Shown piece after piece: positions 16,939 through 24,154 of a stretch of 24,154 bases of DNA. Below the pieces are notes generated by a model. The model had not been told where the DNA came from, made no database searches, and saw only the letters and a program-made list of their open reading frames with translations. The stretch comes from Promethearchaeota archaeon. Lineage in GTDB: Archaea; Asgardarchaeota; Lokiarchaeia; Sigyniarchaeales; SOKP01. The stretch covers positions 1 to 24,154 of the forward strand of contig JBHLMP010000053.1 in assembly GCA_048938025.1 (NCBI GenBank), given 5' to 3'. The position numbers were made by a program, and so were the translations under genes. Within the stretch, counting starts at the first letter, position 1. The number at the start of each line of letters is the position of its first letter.

Positions 16939-19317
16939 ATGCAATTAGAACAAATTCCACCTTCAAATTATAAAGTACGTACATTGAGAATGAAAGATAA
17001 GGTTGTTAAACAACCACATGAAATTTGTGTAGAAAGAGCTAAATTATTTACGGAATCCTATAAAAAAACTAAAGGAGAAAATCCAATTATTCGATTTGCC
17101 AAAGCCATGGATTATTTATTAGCTAATATGACAATTAAAATTTGGGATGATGAATTTATAGTGGGTAATAGATGTACTAAATTTGTGGGAACTCCTTTAT
17201 ACCCTGAAGCACGAGTAGATACAATAGAGCAAGATATTGATAATTATGATACTCGTCCAGTCCAGAAATTTTTGTTAACTAACGAAGAAAAGCAGTATAT
17301 TAAGTCAAAAATCATTCCTTATTGGAAAAATGAAGAAGAGACTGTACAAGAAAGATTTCAATCATATTTAAGTCCAGATATGCGTGATATCATGGAAAAA
17401 ATGTTGTTTATTGTAGATGTAGAGCTCTCTAGTGGAATTGGTCATTTTTTTCCTGGTCATGAAATTGTTTTTAAAAATGGGATGAAAGGTTTGATTCAAA
17501 AAACAGAAGAACATCTGGAAAAATTTTCCAATGACAATAATAAAAAGATATTTCTGGAATCGGTATTAACAGTTTTAAATGCAGTATTAAAATTTATTCA
17601 GAGATTTTCAAGATTAGCAAAAACAAGGGCTGAGGAGGAATTAAACGCCGAACGCCAAAAAGAACTTCATGAAATCTCTGAGATTTGTTATAATATCTCT
17701 CAAAATCCCCCTAATAGTTTTAAAGAAGCTTTACAATTAATTTATTTTACCCACCTAATATGTGGCTTAGAGGATGGGGGCTTTGCTATTTCAGTTGGAC
17801 GCTTGGATCAATATTTATATACCTATTATTTAAAAGATTTAAAAGAAGGAAAGATTACAAAAGAAGAAGTTCAGTTTCTTATTGAATGTTTTTTCATTAA
17901 ACTTTCTACTCTATGGAATTATGTTATTTCAAAAGGAGTAGTGGCTACTGAAGGACCTCCTATTGCTGAAAATGTAGTAATTGGAGGATTAGATCGAGAA
18001 GGAAATGATGCCACTAATGATTTATCGTTAATTATTTTAGAGGCATACAATCATATAAAAACAGTTCAACCAACATTTTGTATCAGAATTCATAAAGATA
18101 CATCAGAAGAATTTTTGATAAATGTAGGAGAATCTATTAAAACTGGTACCAGTATTTCTTTACTTAATGACCAAGTGATGATACCTGGTCTTATAAGTCG
18201 AGGTTTTACCCTCGAAGATGCAAGGGAATATGCATCAATTGGATGTTTTGAACCTCAACATCCATACAAATCATTTGGATCAACGAATGCGAATCAATTT
18301 AATATTGTAAAATGTTTAGAGTTAGCATTAAATAATGGAGTTGACATGTTAACTAGAAAGGAATATGGATTGAAAGAATCTAGAAAGATTACTTCTTATG
18401 AAGATCTATGGGATGTTTTTACTGATCAAGTGAAATATTTCATTGATTATATGGTAAGAACGATGTTTTTTGTTGATAAAGCTATTGCAGAACTTACTCC
18501 ACAACCATTTTTATCTGCAACTATAGAGAATTGTATAGAACAGGGTCTCGATGTAACTAAAGGTGGAGCAGTTTACAATTTTACCGGTGCTCTACTAATC
18601 GGACTAGCCACAGTAGCAGATAGCCTTGCAGTAATTAAAAGTGTAGTTTTTGAAGAAAAACTCCTCCCATTTGAAGATTTAGTCCAATTACTTGCAAAAA
18701 ATTTTAGAGGGATATATCAAGGAAGAAAAGGAAAAGAATGGCGAGAAATTTTTATAAATAAAGTGCCTAAATTTGGGAATGATGATGATTACGTTGACCA
18801 GATAGCACTCAAAGTAGCTAAATTTTATTGTGAGGAAATTGCGAAGTATTCAAATTATCGCGGAGGAAAATTTAATCCTGGTATTTATTCCACCACCTTT
18901 CACTTAGCTTTTGGTATGTTTACAGGTGCTTCTGCTGATGGTAGAAAAGTAACGGAACCACTTTCAAATGGACTTGGTCCAACGAGCGGCATGGATAAAA
19001 AAGGTCCTACAGCCATTCTCAATTCTATTAAAAAACTTAAAAATGAGTTAATGACAAATGGTAATTCATTAATTTTAGCATTCCATCCAAATACATTAAA
19101 AATGGAAATTTTTATTCCACTTGTTAAATCCTTTTTCGAAACAGATGGGGGTTATCAAGTTCAATTTAACGTTGTAGGTAAAGATACTTTGTGTGATGCT
19201 CAAAAAGATCCGAATCAATACCGAGGTTTAGTTGTAAGAGTAGCAGGATATTCTGTATACTTTACAGAATTATCAAAACTTGCGCAAGATGAAATTATAG
19301 CTCGAACTGAGTATTAA
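16939..19317 (+). CDS. Glycyl radical enzyme (PFL-like superfamily, single-Cys dehydratase/eliminase type; substrate unknown)
   Basis: ICVERA, ISVGRLDQYL, QPTFCIRIH, Cys loop IGCFEP (18241-18255), PKFGNDDDYVD, ASADGRK, glycyl loop LVVRVAGYS near the C-terminus. Confidence 0.93.
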   Translation: MQLEQIPPSNYKVRTLRMKDKVVKQPHEICVERAKLFTESYKKTKGENPIIRFAKAMDYLLANMTIKIWDDEFIVGNRCTKFVGTPLYPEARVDTIEQDIDNYDTRPVQKFLLTNEEKQYIKSKIIPYWKNEEETVQERFQSYLSPDMRDIMEKMLFIVDVELSSGIGHFFPGHEIVFKNGMKGLIQKTEEHLEKFSNDNNKKIFLESVLTVLNAVLKFIQRFSRLAKTRAEEELNAERQKELHEISEICYNISQNPPNSFKEALQLIYFTHLICGLEDGGFAISVGRLDQYLYTYYLKDLKEGKITKEEVQFLIECFFIKLSTLWNYVISKGVVATEGPPIAENVVIGGLDREGNDATNDLSLIILEAYNHIKTVQPTFCIRIHKDTSEEFLINVGESIKTGTSISLLNDQVMIPGLISRGFTLEDAREYASIGCFEPQHPYKSFGSTNANQFNIVKCLELALNNGVDMLTRKEYGLKESRKITSYEDLWDVFTDQVKYFIDYMVRTMFFVDKAIAELTPQPFLSATIENCIEQGLDVTKGGAVYNFTGALLIGLATVADSLAVIKSVVFEEKLLPFEDLVQLLAKNFRGIYQGRKGKEWREIFINKVPKFGNDDDYVDQIALKVAKFYCEEIAKYSNYRGGKFNPGIYSTTFHLAFGMFTGASADGRKVTEPLSNGLGPTSGMDKKGPTAILNSIKKLKNELMTNGNSLILAFHPNTLKMEIFIPLVKSFFETDGGYQVQFNVVGKDTLCDAQKDPNQYRGLVVRVAGYSVYFTELSKLAQDEIIARTEY

Positions 19318-19405
19318 TCTCATTTTTATTTAATATTTTAAGAAAAATAATAAAAAATTTTAGTTATTCAGATTTTTATTATATAAAAATTTAATAATTA
19401 TAATT

Positions 19406-19507
19406 GGGCCTGTAGATCAGTGGAAGATCGCTTGATACAAATTCATATTGATTGAATTTGCATGTATCGCATTCAAGAGGTCGCGGGTTCAATTCCCGCC
19501 GGGTCCA
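19406..19507 (+). tRNA. tRNA-Ala(CGC) with a 30-nt intron at position 32/33 (19437-19466)
   Basis: Acceptor stem GGGCCTG/CGGGTCC with G3-U70 and A73; D stem GATC/GATC; anticodon stem CTTGA/TCAAG; spliced loop TT-CGC-AT; T arm GCGGG-TTCAATT-CCCGC. CCA is not encoded. TATA-like TTATATAAA lies ~20-27 nt upstream. Confidence 0.93.
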
Positions 19508-19540
19508 TTCTATTGAATGATCATCTAAAAAGGATTAATC

Positions 19541-22141
19541 ATGGCACAAGAAAGCATCTATCCAAAAAGATTTAAATTTAAAGAAATTCAAGAAAAATGG
19601 ATGAAATATTGGGCAGATTTAAGAATATATGCATTTGATAAAGATCGAAACGATGAAATTTTTACAATTGATACCCCACCACCATTTGTTAGTGGAGTTT
19701 TACATATTGGGCAATACCTTAATTATGCTTGGATTGATTTTGTTGCACGCTATCATAGAATGACGGGGGATAATGTGTATTTTCCGCAAGGTTGGGATTG
19801 CCACGGTCTCCCAGTAGAGCTCGCTGTCCAAAAAAGTTATAGAATCTCAAAAGATGAGAGAGAAAGCTTCTTAGAGAAATGTAAAGAGTGGGTGGAAAAT
19901 AATATTGAAAATATGACAAGACAATTAGATGAATTAGGATATTCTACTGATTGGAAATATGTTTATAGGACTATGAATGATGATTATAAACGAAAAGTTC
20001 AACTTTCTCTTTTAGATTTCTATGAAAAAGGTTTACTCTACCGAGAAAAATTCCCAATTCATTTTTGTGTTAATTGTGAAACATCCGTTGCAAAAGCAGA
20101 AGTGAGCTATAAAGAAGAAAAAGGAAAATTATGGTATCTAAAATTGCCAATTGTAGGTAGAGAAAATGAATTTGTAACTATAGCAACAACACGTCCTGAA
20201 TATATGGAGGCATGTGTTGCTGTAATGGTTAATCCAAATGATGAACGGTATTATGATCTTTCTGCTGCTGAAATAGAAATTCCATTTACGAATCGTACTG
20301 TAAGAGTTTATATGGATAATACAGTTGATATGAATTTTGGTACTGGTATAGTTTATGTTTGTACTTATGGAGATGAGATGGATATCAAATGGAAAATTGA
20401 ATATGATCTAGATGAGATAACAATTTTTACTGAAGATGGTCATATGAATAAAAATTCTAAATATCAAGGCTTAACTATTATGGAAGCTCGAGAACAAATA
20501 GTTAAGGATCTTGATAAAGAAGGGTTAATAGAAAAAATTGACGATTATGAACATAATTTAATAATTCATTCGGAACGGCCGTCTTGTAGAAAACCTATAG
20601 AATATCTACCAATATATCAGTGGTTTATAAATGTTAAAGACTTTAAGGATGAAATTATCGAATCTGGAGAATTAATGAAATGGTATCCTGAAAAGCAAAA
20701 ACAAAGATTAATAGATTGGGCAGAAGGCTTAGATTGGAATTGGGTGATTTCACGTCAGCGTGTGTTTGGTACTTCTATCCCATTTTGGTATTGTAAAGAT
20801 TGTGATGAAATTATACCACCAAAAAGGGAGGATTTACCACTAGATCCTGTGAAAGTTTCACCCCCAGTTGAAGAATGTCCTAAATGTAAGAGTCATAATA
20901 TTATTGGTGAAAAAGATGTTTGTGATTGCTGGATTGATTCTAGCATTACTCCCTTAGAAATATCAAATTGGAAGGAAGATGATGATTTTTTTAAGAGGGC
21001 TTATATGGATGCTAAAGTTCATCGTCCTCAAGGATATGAAATTATACGTACTTGGTTGTTTTACACTTTGTTTCGCTGTAAAGTTTTAACTGGAAAAGCT
21101 CCTTTTTATGAAACAATGATTAATGGAATGGTTGCTGGTCCAGATGGAAGGCATATGTCAAAAAGTCTTGGAAACTACATTGCGCCAGAGGAGGTTATGC
21201 CAGAATTTGGTACTGACGCAATTCGATATTGGACAGCAATGGGTTCTTTGGGTGATGATTATCCTTTTGAATTTACATGGATAGATCTTCAAACAAAACA
21301 ACCTATGTCAAATGAGTTTATTTTAGCAGAAAGACAAAAGCTTCTAGAAAGTAAATTTAATAAGAAATATCGACGAAGGTTTGAACAATTAATTGGTGCT
21401 TCAAAATTTTTAACTAAAATTTGGAATGCGTATAGATTTTTGTATTTAAATTTAAATAAGATAAAAATAACAGATATTGAAATTAATACTAAGGATTTAT
21501 CGGCGATTGACGCCTACTTCTTTTCAGAGTTTAACAAAAATTTAGATTTGATTACGAATTATTACGATGGATATAATTGGCATGAAGCCACGATGATTTT
21601 ACGTACTTTTTTTTGGAATGACATTTGCGATAATTATATTGAAGCAATAAAGCATAAATTTTATTCTGAAGACAAACAAACAAGAGAAAGTTCTCTAAAG
21701 AATGCATTAAACCTTTTTTACAGATTACTAAACATTTCTTCTATTATAATGCCATTTATTTCAGAAGAAATATATTCAATTCTTTTTAAAAAATATACAA
21801 ATCTAAAATCAATTCATTTAGAAAATTGGCCAACGCCATATGAAAATATTTCACAAGAATTAGCTGAGAGAGGTAAATCAGGTATTGAAATAATAAAATT
21901 TCTAAGAATGAATAAATCAAAACTTCAAATACCATTAAATCAAGAAATTTCGAAAGTATTCATTTTAACTGAAAAAAATAAGACAATAGACTTTAAAAAT
22001 TTAAAAGAAGATATTAAGAATACAATTAGAATAGATGATTTAGAGATAATCGATAAATCAATGGAAAATTCTATTAAAGAAAAACCAGATTTAAAACAAG
22101 AAATTAAAGAGTTAAATATTTCGGTTTACATTTTTAAGTAA
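19541..22141 (+). CDS. valS: Valine--tRNA ligase, archaeal type
   Basis: FTIDTPPPFVSGVLHIGQ, QGWDCHGLP, IATTRPE, FGTG.V.VCTYGD, WNWVISRQRVFG, DCWIDSSITP, RPQGYEIIRTW, HMSKSLGN, CDNYIEAIK. Confidence 0.97.
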   Translation: MAQESIYPKRFKFKEIQEKWMKYWADLRIYAFDKDRNDEIFTIDTPPPFVSGVLHIGQYLNYAWIDFVARYHRMTGDNVYFPQGWDCHGLPVELAVQKSYRISKDERESFLEKCKEWVENNIENMTRQLDELGYSTDWKYVYRTMNDDYKRKVQLSLLDFYEKGLLYREKFPIHFCVNCETSVAKAEVSYKEEKGKLWYLKLPIVGRENEFVTIATTRPEYMEACVAVMVNPNDERYYDLSAAEIEIPFTNRTVRVYMDNTVDMNFGTGIVYVCTYGDEMDIKWKIEYDLDEITIFTEDGHMNKNSKYQGLTIMEAREQIVKDLDKEGLIEKIDDYEHNLIIHSERPSCRKPIEYLPIYQWFINVKDFKDEIIESGELMKWYPEKQKQRLIDWAEGLDWNWVISRQRVFGTSIPFWYCKDCDEIIPPKREDLPLDPVKVSPPVEECPKCKSHNIIGEKDVCDCWIDSSITPLEISNWKEDDDFFKRAYMDAKVHRPQGYEIIRTWLFYTLFRCKVLTGKAPFYETMINGMVAGPDGRHMSKSLGNYIAPEEVMPEFGTDAIRYWTAMGSLGDDYPFEFTWIDLQTKQPMSNEFILAERQKLLESKFNKKYRRRFEQLIGASKFLTKIWNAYRFLYLNLNKIKITDIEINTKDLSAIDAYFFSEFNKNLDLITNYYDGYNWHEATMILRTFFWNDICDNYIEAIKHKFYSEDKQTRESSLKNALNLFYRLLNISSIIMPFISEEIYSILFKKYTNLKSIHLENWPTPYENISQELAERGKSGIEIIKFLRMNKSKLQIPLNQEISKVFILTEKNKTIDFKNLKEDIKNTIRIDDLEIIDKSMENSIKEKPDLKQEIKELNISVYIFK

Positions 22142-22171
22142 AATAAATTTGTTGATATTAAATTTTTTTTA

Positions 22172-22987
22172 TTATTCGTTTTCACCTAGTTGTTCACTTT
22201 TTCCTTCTTCCTCAACTCCTAACTGGGTGATCATTGCCTTTTTCAATTGACTTATATTTTTTGGTAATCCAAACATATCAGCATATTTATCAGTAGTAGT
22301 TAATTCTTGAGATCTTCCTTTTTTTATTGCATTTATGAACCCATTATCTAATAGATATTTTACATGTTCATAAGCTCCAGTTCCTCTTAATTTAATTACT
22401 GTTGATTTTAATATAGGTTGCTTTAATGCAATTACTGTTAAAGTTCTCAAATAACGTTCTGCAATAGCTCCACCTTTAGCAAATTTTGAAACTTTTTCCG
22501 TATATTCAGGTCTTATCTGCATTTGATACCTATCCCCAATTTGTGCTATTATTAATGCAGTGGAGCGATCTAAATAATCGAATGCTATTTCGTTGGTTAA
22601 TTCTTCCACTTCTTTTTTAGGTAATTCTAATTTTGTTGATAACTCTTCAATAGTTAAAGGTCGACCAGCAGCATATAAGGAAGCTTCAATTAGATTTCGA
22701 TGAAATTCTCTTAACTGTTTTTTTAATAATTCTTCATCCAATTCTTGAACTTCTATAGATTTTCCTTCAATAATAGAATCTACCTTTTCTATTATCGAGA
22801 GTTCATTATCAATTTCATCTACTTCTTCAGTAATATTATTTTCAGAAACAACTTCAAATTCTTCTTCATTCTTTTCAGTTTTAGTAATTTCGTCTAATTC
22901 TTTATCAAGATCTTCAGAAACTTCTTCTAAATCTTCAATAGGTTCTTTATCTAAATTATCATCTAAATTCTCGTTAGAATTATTCAT
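22172..22987 (-). CDS. scpB: SMC-Scp complex subunit ScpB with acidic N-terminal extension
   Basis: LIEASLYAAGRPLTIEEL, YQMQIRPEY, LRTLTVIALKQPI, IKLRG, TTDKYADMFGL (tandem winged helix). Downstream of scpA and smc. Confidence 0.93.
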   Translation of the reverse strand: MNNSNENLDDNLDKEPIEDLEEVSEDLDKELDEITKTEKNEEEFEVVSENNITEEVDEIDNELSIIEKVDSIIEGKSIEVQELDEELLKKQLREFHRNLIEASLYAAGRPLTIEELSTKLELPKKEVEELTNEIAFDYLDRSTALIIAQIGDRYQMQIRPEYTEKVSKFAKGGAIAERYLRTLTVIALKQPILKSTVIKLRGTGAYEHVKYLLDNGFINAIKKGRSQELTTTDKYADMFGLPKNISQLKKAMITQLGVEEEGKSEQLGENE

Positions 22988-23014
22988 ATTAAGATTTTTT
23001 AATTTTTAATTTTA

Positions 23015-24013
23015 CTATCTAGTAATTACAGAAATATCTTTAAAATCTTCATTTTGAGATAACGTCAATTTATTTCCAGTGGATAAAAACATTAATGCTA
23101 AAAACATCCTTACTAAGGAAAATTTCCTGCCAATATCACTTTCTTCTTCAGTTTTAATAATTTCAGTCAAGTTATAAAAACTAGTTGGTTTATTGTCTAA
23201 ATCAATTGTAGCTTTTATACGATTGAGCCATGATTCGTGTAATTCTTCTATTGTTTGATCTTTTCCACTGATATGTTTTAAGAGTTCCCTTGGTAATTGT
23301 GCTTTAGATTTAATTTGTAGTCTTTGTTGCTTTAATTCTTCCTTTCTCATTTGTCTTCTTCTTATTTTCTCCTTATTTTGCATTACTTCTATGATTGCTG
23401 ATCTCATTGCATCAAATAATTCATCTTTTGTAGCTAATTGCATTTTAGGTTGTATAGGTTGTGGTAATGCTTTTGGGATGGATCGCGCATGTGTTTCTCT
23501 AAATTTTTTTAACTCTTCCATTTTCTGTATTTGTTCTTCTTCTCTGATAATGCTTGAAATTTTATAATGATGCAAACTTGCTGATGTTTTAAGTGCTATA
23601 CCAGATATTTTATAATTAATTAAATCCTCGTGAAGCATATTGTCAAAAAATTTATCAACTAAACTAGCCAAATCATAAAATGCAATTTCCGATTCTTTTG
23701 CCAACTCAGGATCTAATAGACTTGAATAGGGTGGTTTTTGCCAAAATTTCAATTCCATCTTTTCTTTTCTTAATAAAGCAAGATCCTCTTCTTCATCAAA
23801 TCCAGCAACTAATTCTTCTTCAAGTTCTTCTGGTTCTTGAGACCTATCGACAAATTCAGGATGAGAAACAATTTTTTCAAGGAATTCGATAATTTCTTTC
23901 TTTTTAGACTTTGACGGTATTTTAATATTATTCTTACTAGCGAACTCTCTTAACTCCTTTACTGTCCATTGAGTAAAATCAAATTTATTCTGTAAATCTT
24001 GCTTTTCTGATAT
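23015..24013 (-). CDS. scpA: Kleisin ScpA with N-terminal HEH (SAP/Rho_N-like) extension; probable ATA start (ORF track starts at internal ATG 23758)
   Basis: Kleisin motifs YDLASLVDKF, SGIALKTSASLHHYK and the C-terminal LVRMFLALMFL...LSQNEDFKDI. The frame stays open 85 codons upstream of ATG 23758 to ATA 24013-24011, which lies 6 nt after an AGGTGA Shine-Dalgarno. Located between smc and scpB. Confidence 0.85.
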   Translation of the reverse strand: MSEKQDLQNKFDFTQWTVKELREFASKNNIKIPSKSKKKEIIEFLEKIVSHPEFVDRSQEPEELEEELVAGFDEEEDLALLRKEKMELKFWQKPPYSSLLDPELAKESEIAFYDLASLVDKFFDNMLHEDLINYKISGIALKTSASLHHYKISSIIREEEQIQKMEELKKFRETHARSIPKALPQPIQPKMQLATKDELFDAMRSAIIEVMQNKEKIRRRQMRKEELKQQRLQIKSKAQLPRELLKHISGKDQTIEELHESWLNRIKATIDLDNKPTSFYNLTEIIKTEEESDIGRKFSLVRMFLALMFLSTGNKLTLSQNEDFKDISVITR

Positions 24014-24027
24014 TTTTTCTCACCTTT

Positions 24028-24154
24028 TTAATTTTCTGTAATGGTTGGCTCAATATCTTCAAGTTCTAAAAGTCTTTTAGCTTCTTCTTCTAAATCAACA
24101 CTAAAGATATCGGTGATCCCACTCTGTTGCATTGAAACTCCATAGATTCTATCT
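24028..24154 (-). CDS. smc: C-terminal end of chromosome segregation protein SMC (partial)
   Basis: Minus-strand translation DRIYGVSMQQSGITDIFSVDLEEEAKRLLELEDIEPTITEN* matches the SMC C-terminal (A)DxxYGVxM..G motif and lies directly upstream of scpA-scpB. Confidence 0.85.
   Translation of the reverse strand, partial: DRIYGVSMQQSGITDIFSVDLEEEAKRLLELEDIEPTITEN

Noticed and set aside
19452-19477. Second anticodon-like loop TT-TGC-AT inside the tRNA intron (alternative splicing to Ala-UGC)
   Set aside because: It would need two excisions, including a ~9-nt intron with no BHB. The sequence is explained by pairing in the intron stem and central helix.
15954-19507. MTase plus GRE next to a tRNA as an integrated island
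   Set aside because: No integrase, no duplicated tRNA end (att site) seen, and no evident compositional shift.
8640-23892. Other short ORFs (8640, 11570, 13479, 19719, 23680)
   Set aside because: Each overlaps a well-supported gene on the opposite strand and shows no independent evidence.
24011-24030. Selenocysteine readthrough of the in-frame TGA, or a GTG start with frameshift, for scpA
   Set aside because: The TGA/GTG are part of the AGGTGA Shine-Dalgarno, readthrough would run into smc in another frame, and the GTG frame closes after 12 codons.
1-24154. CRISPR array, IS element or rRNA
   Set aside because: Intergenic spaces are short and show no repeat-spacer periodicity, transposase or rRNA-like sequence.

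Overview
This is an AT-rich (roughly 25-30% GC by eye), gene-dense archaeal chromosomal segment. It is most consistent with an Asgard archaeon of the Lokiarchaeia type; this is an inference from topo VI A/B, GINS, an archaeal-type ValRS, a BHB tRNA intron and the composition. From left to right it holds: a polytopic membrane protein with C-terminal HEAT repeats that runs off the left edge (missed by the ORF track); a divergent GINS23-like gene; a top6B-top6A-HEAT/SHOCT protein-pyrE operon; coaBC; a MoxR AAA+ / vWA / SWIM-like three-gene operon; an orphan DpnA-like adenine methyltransferase; a glycyl radical enzyme with no adjacent activase; tRNA-Ala(CGC) with a 30-nt intron at the non-canonical 32/33 position; valS; and the end of an smc-scpA-scpB operon. 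Highlights: ScpA has an unannotated 85-codon N-terminal extension, apparently starting at ATA. It carries the same ~35-aa helix-extension-helix (SAP/Rho_N-like) module found near the C-terminus of a greatly enlarged Top6B. The vWA protein begins with an isolated MoxR-type AAA lid domain, while its partner ATPase has an Asn-Glu Walker B. I saw no CRISPR array, transposase or integrase.
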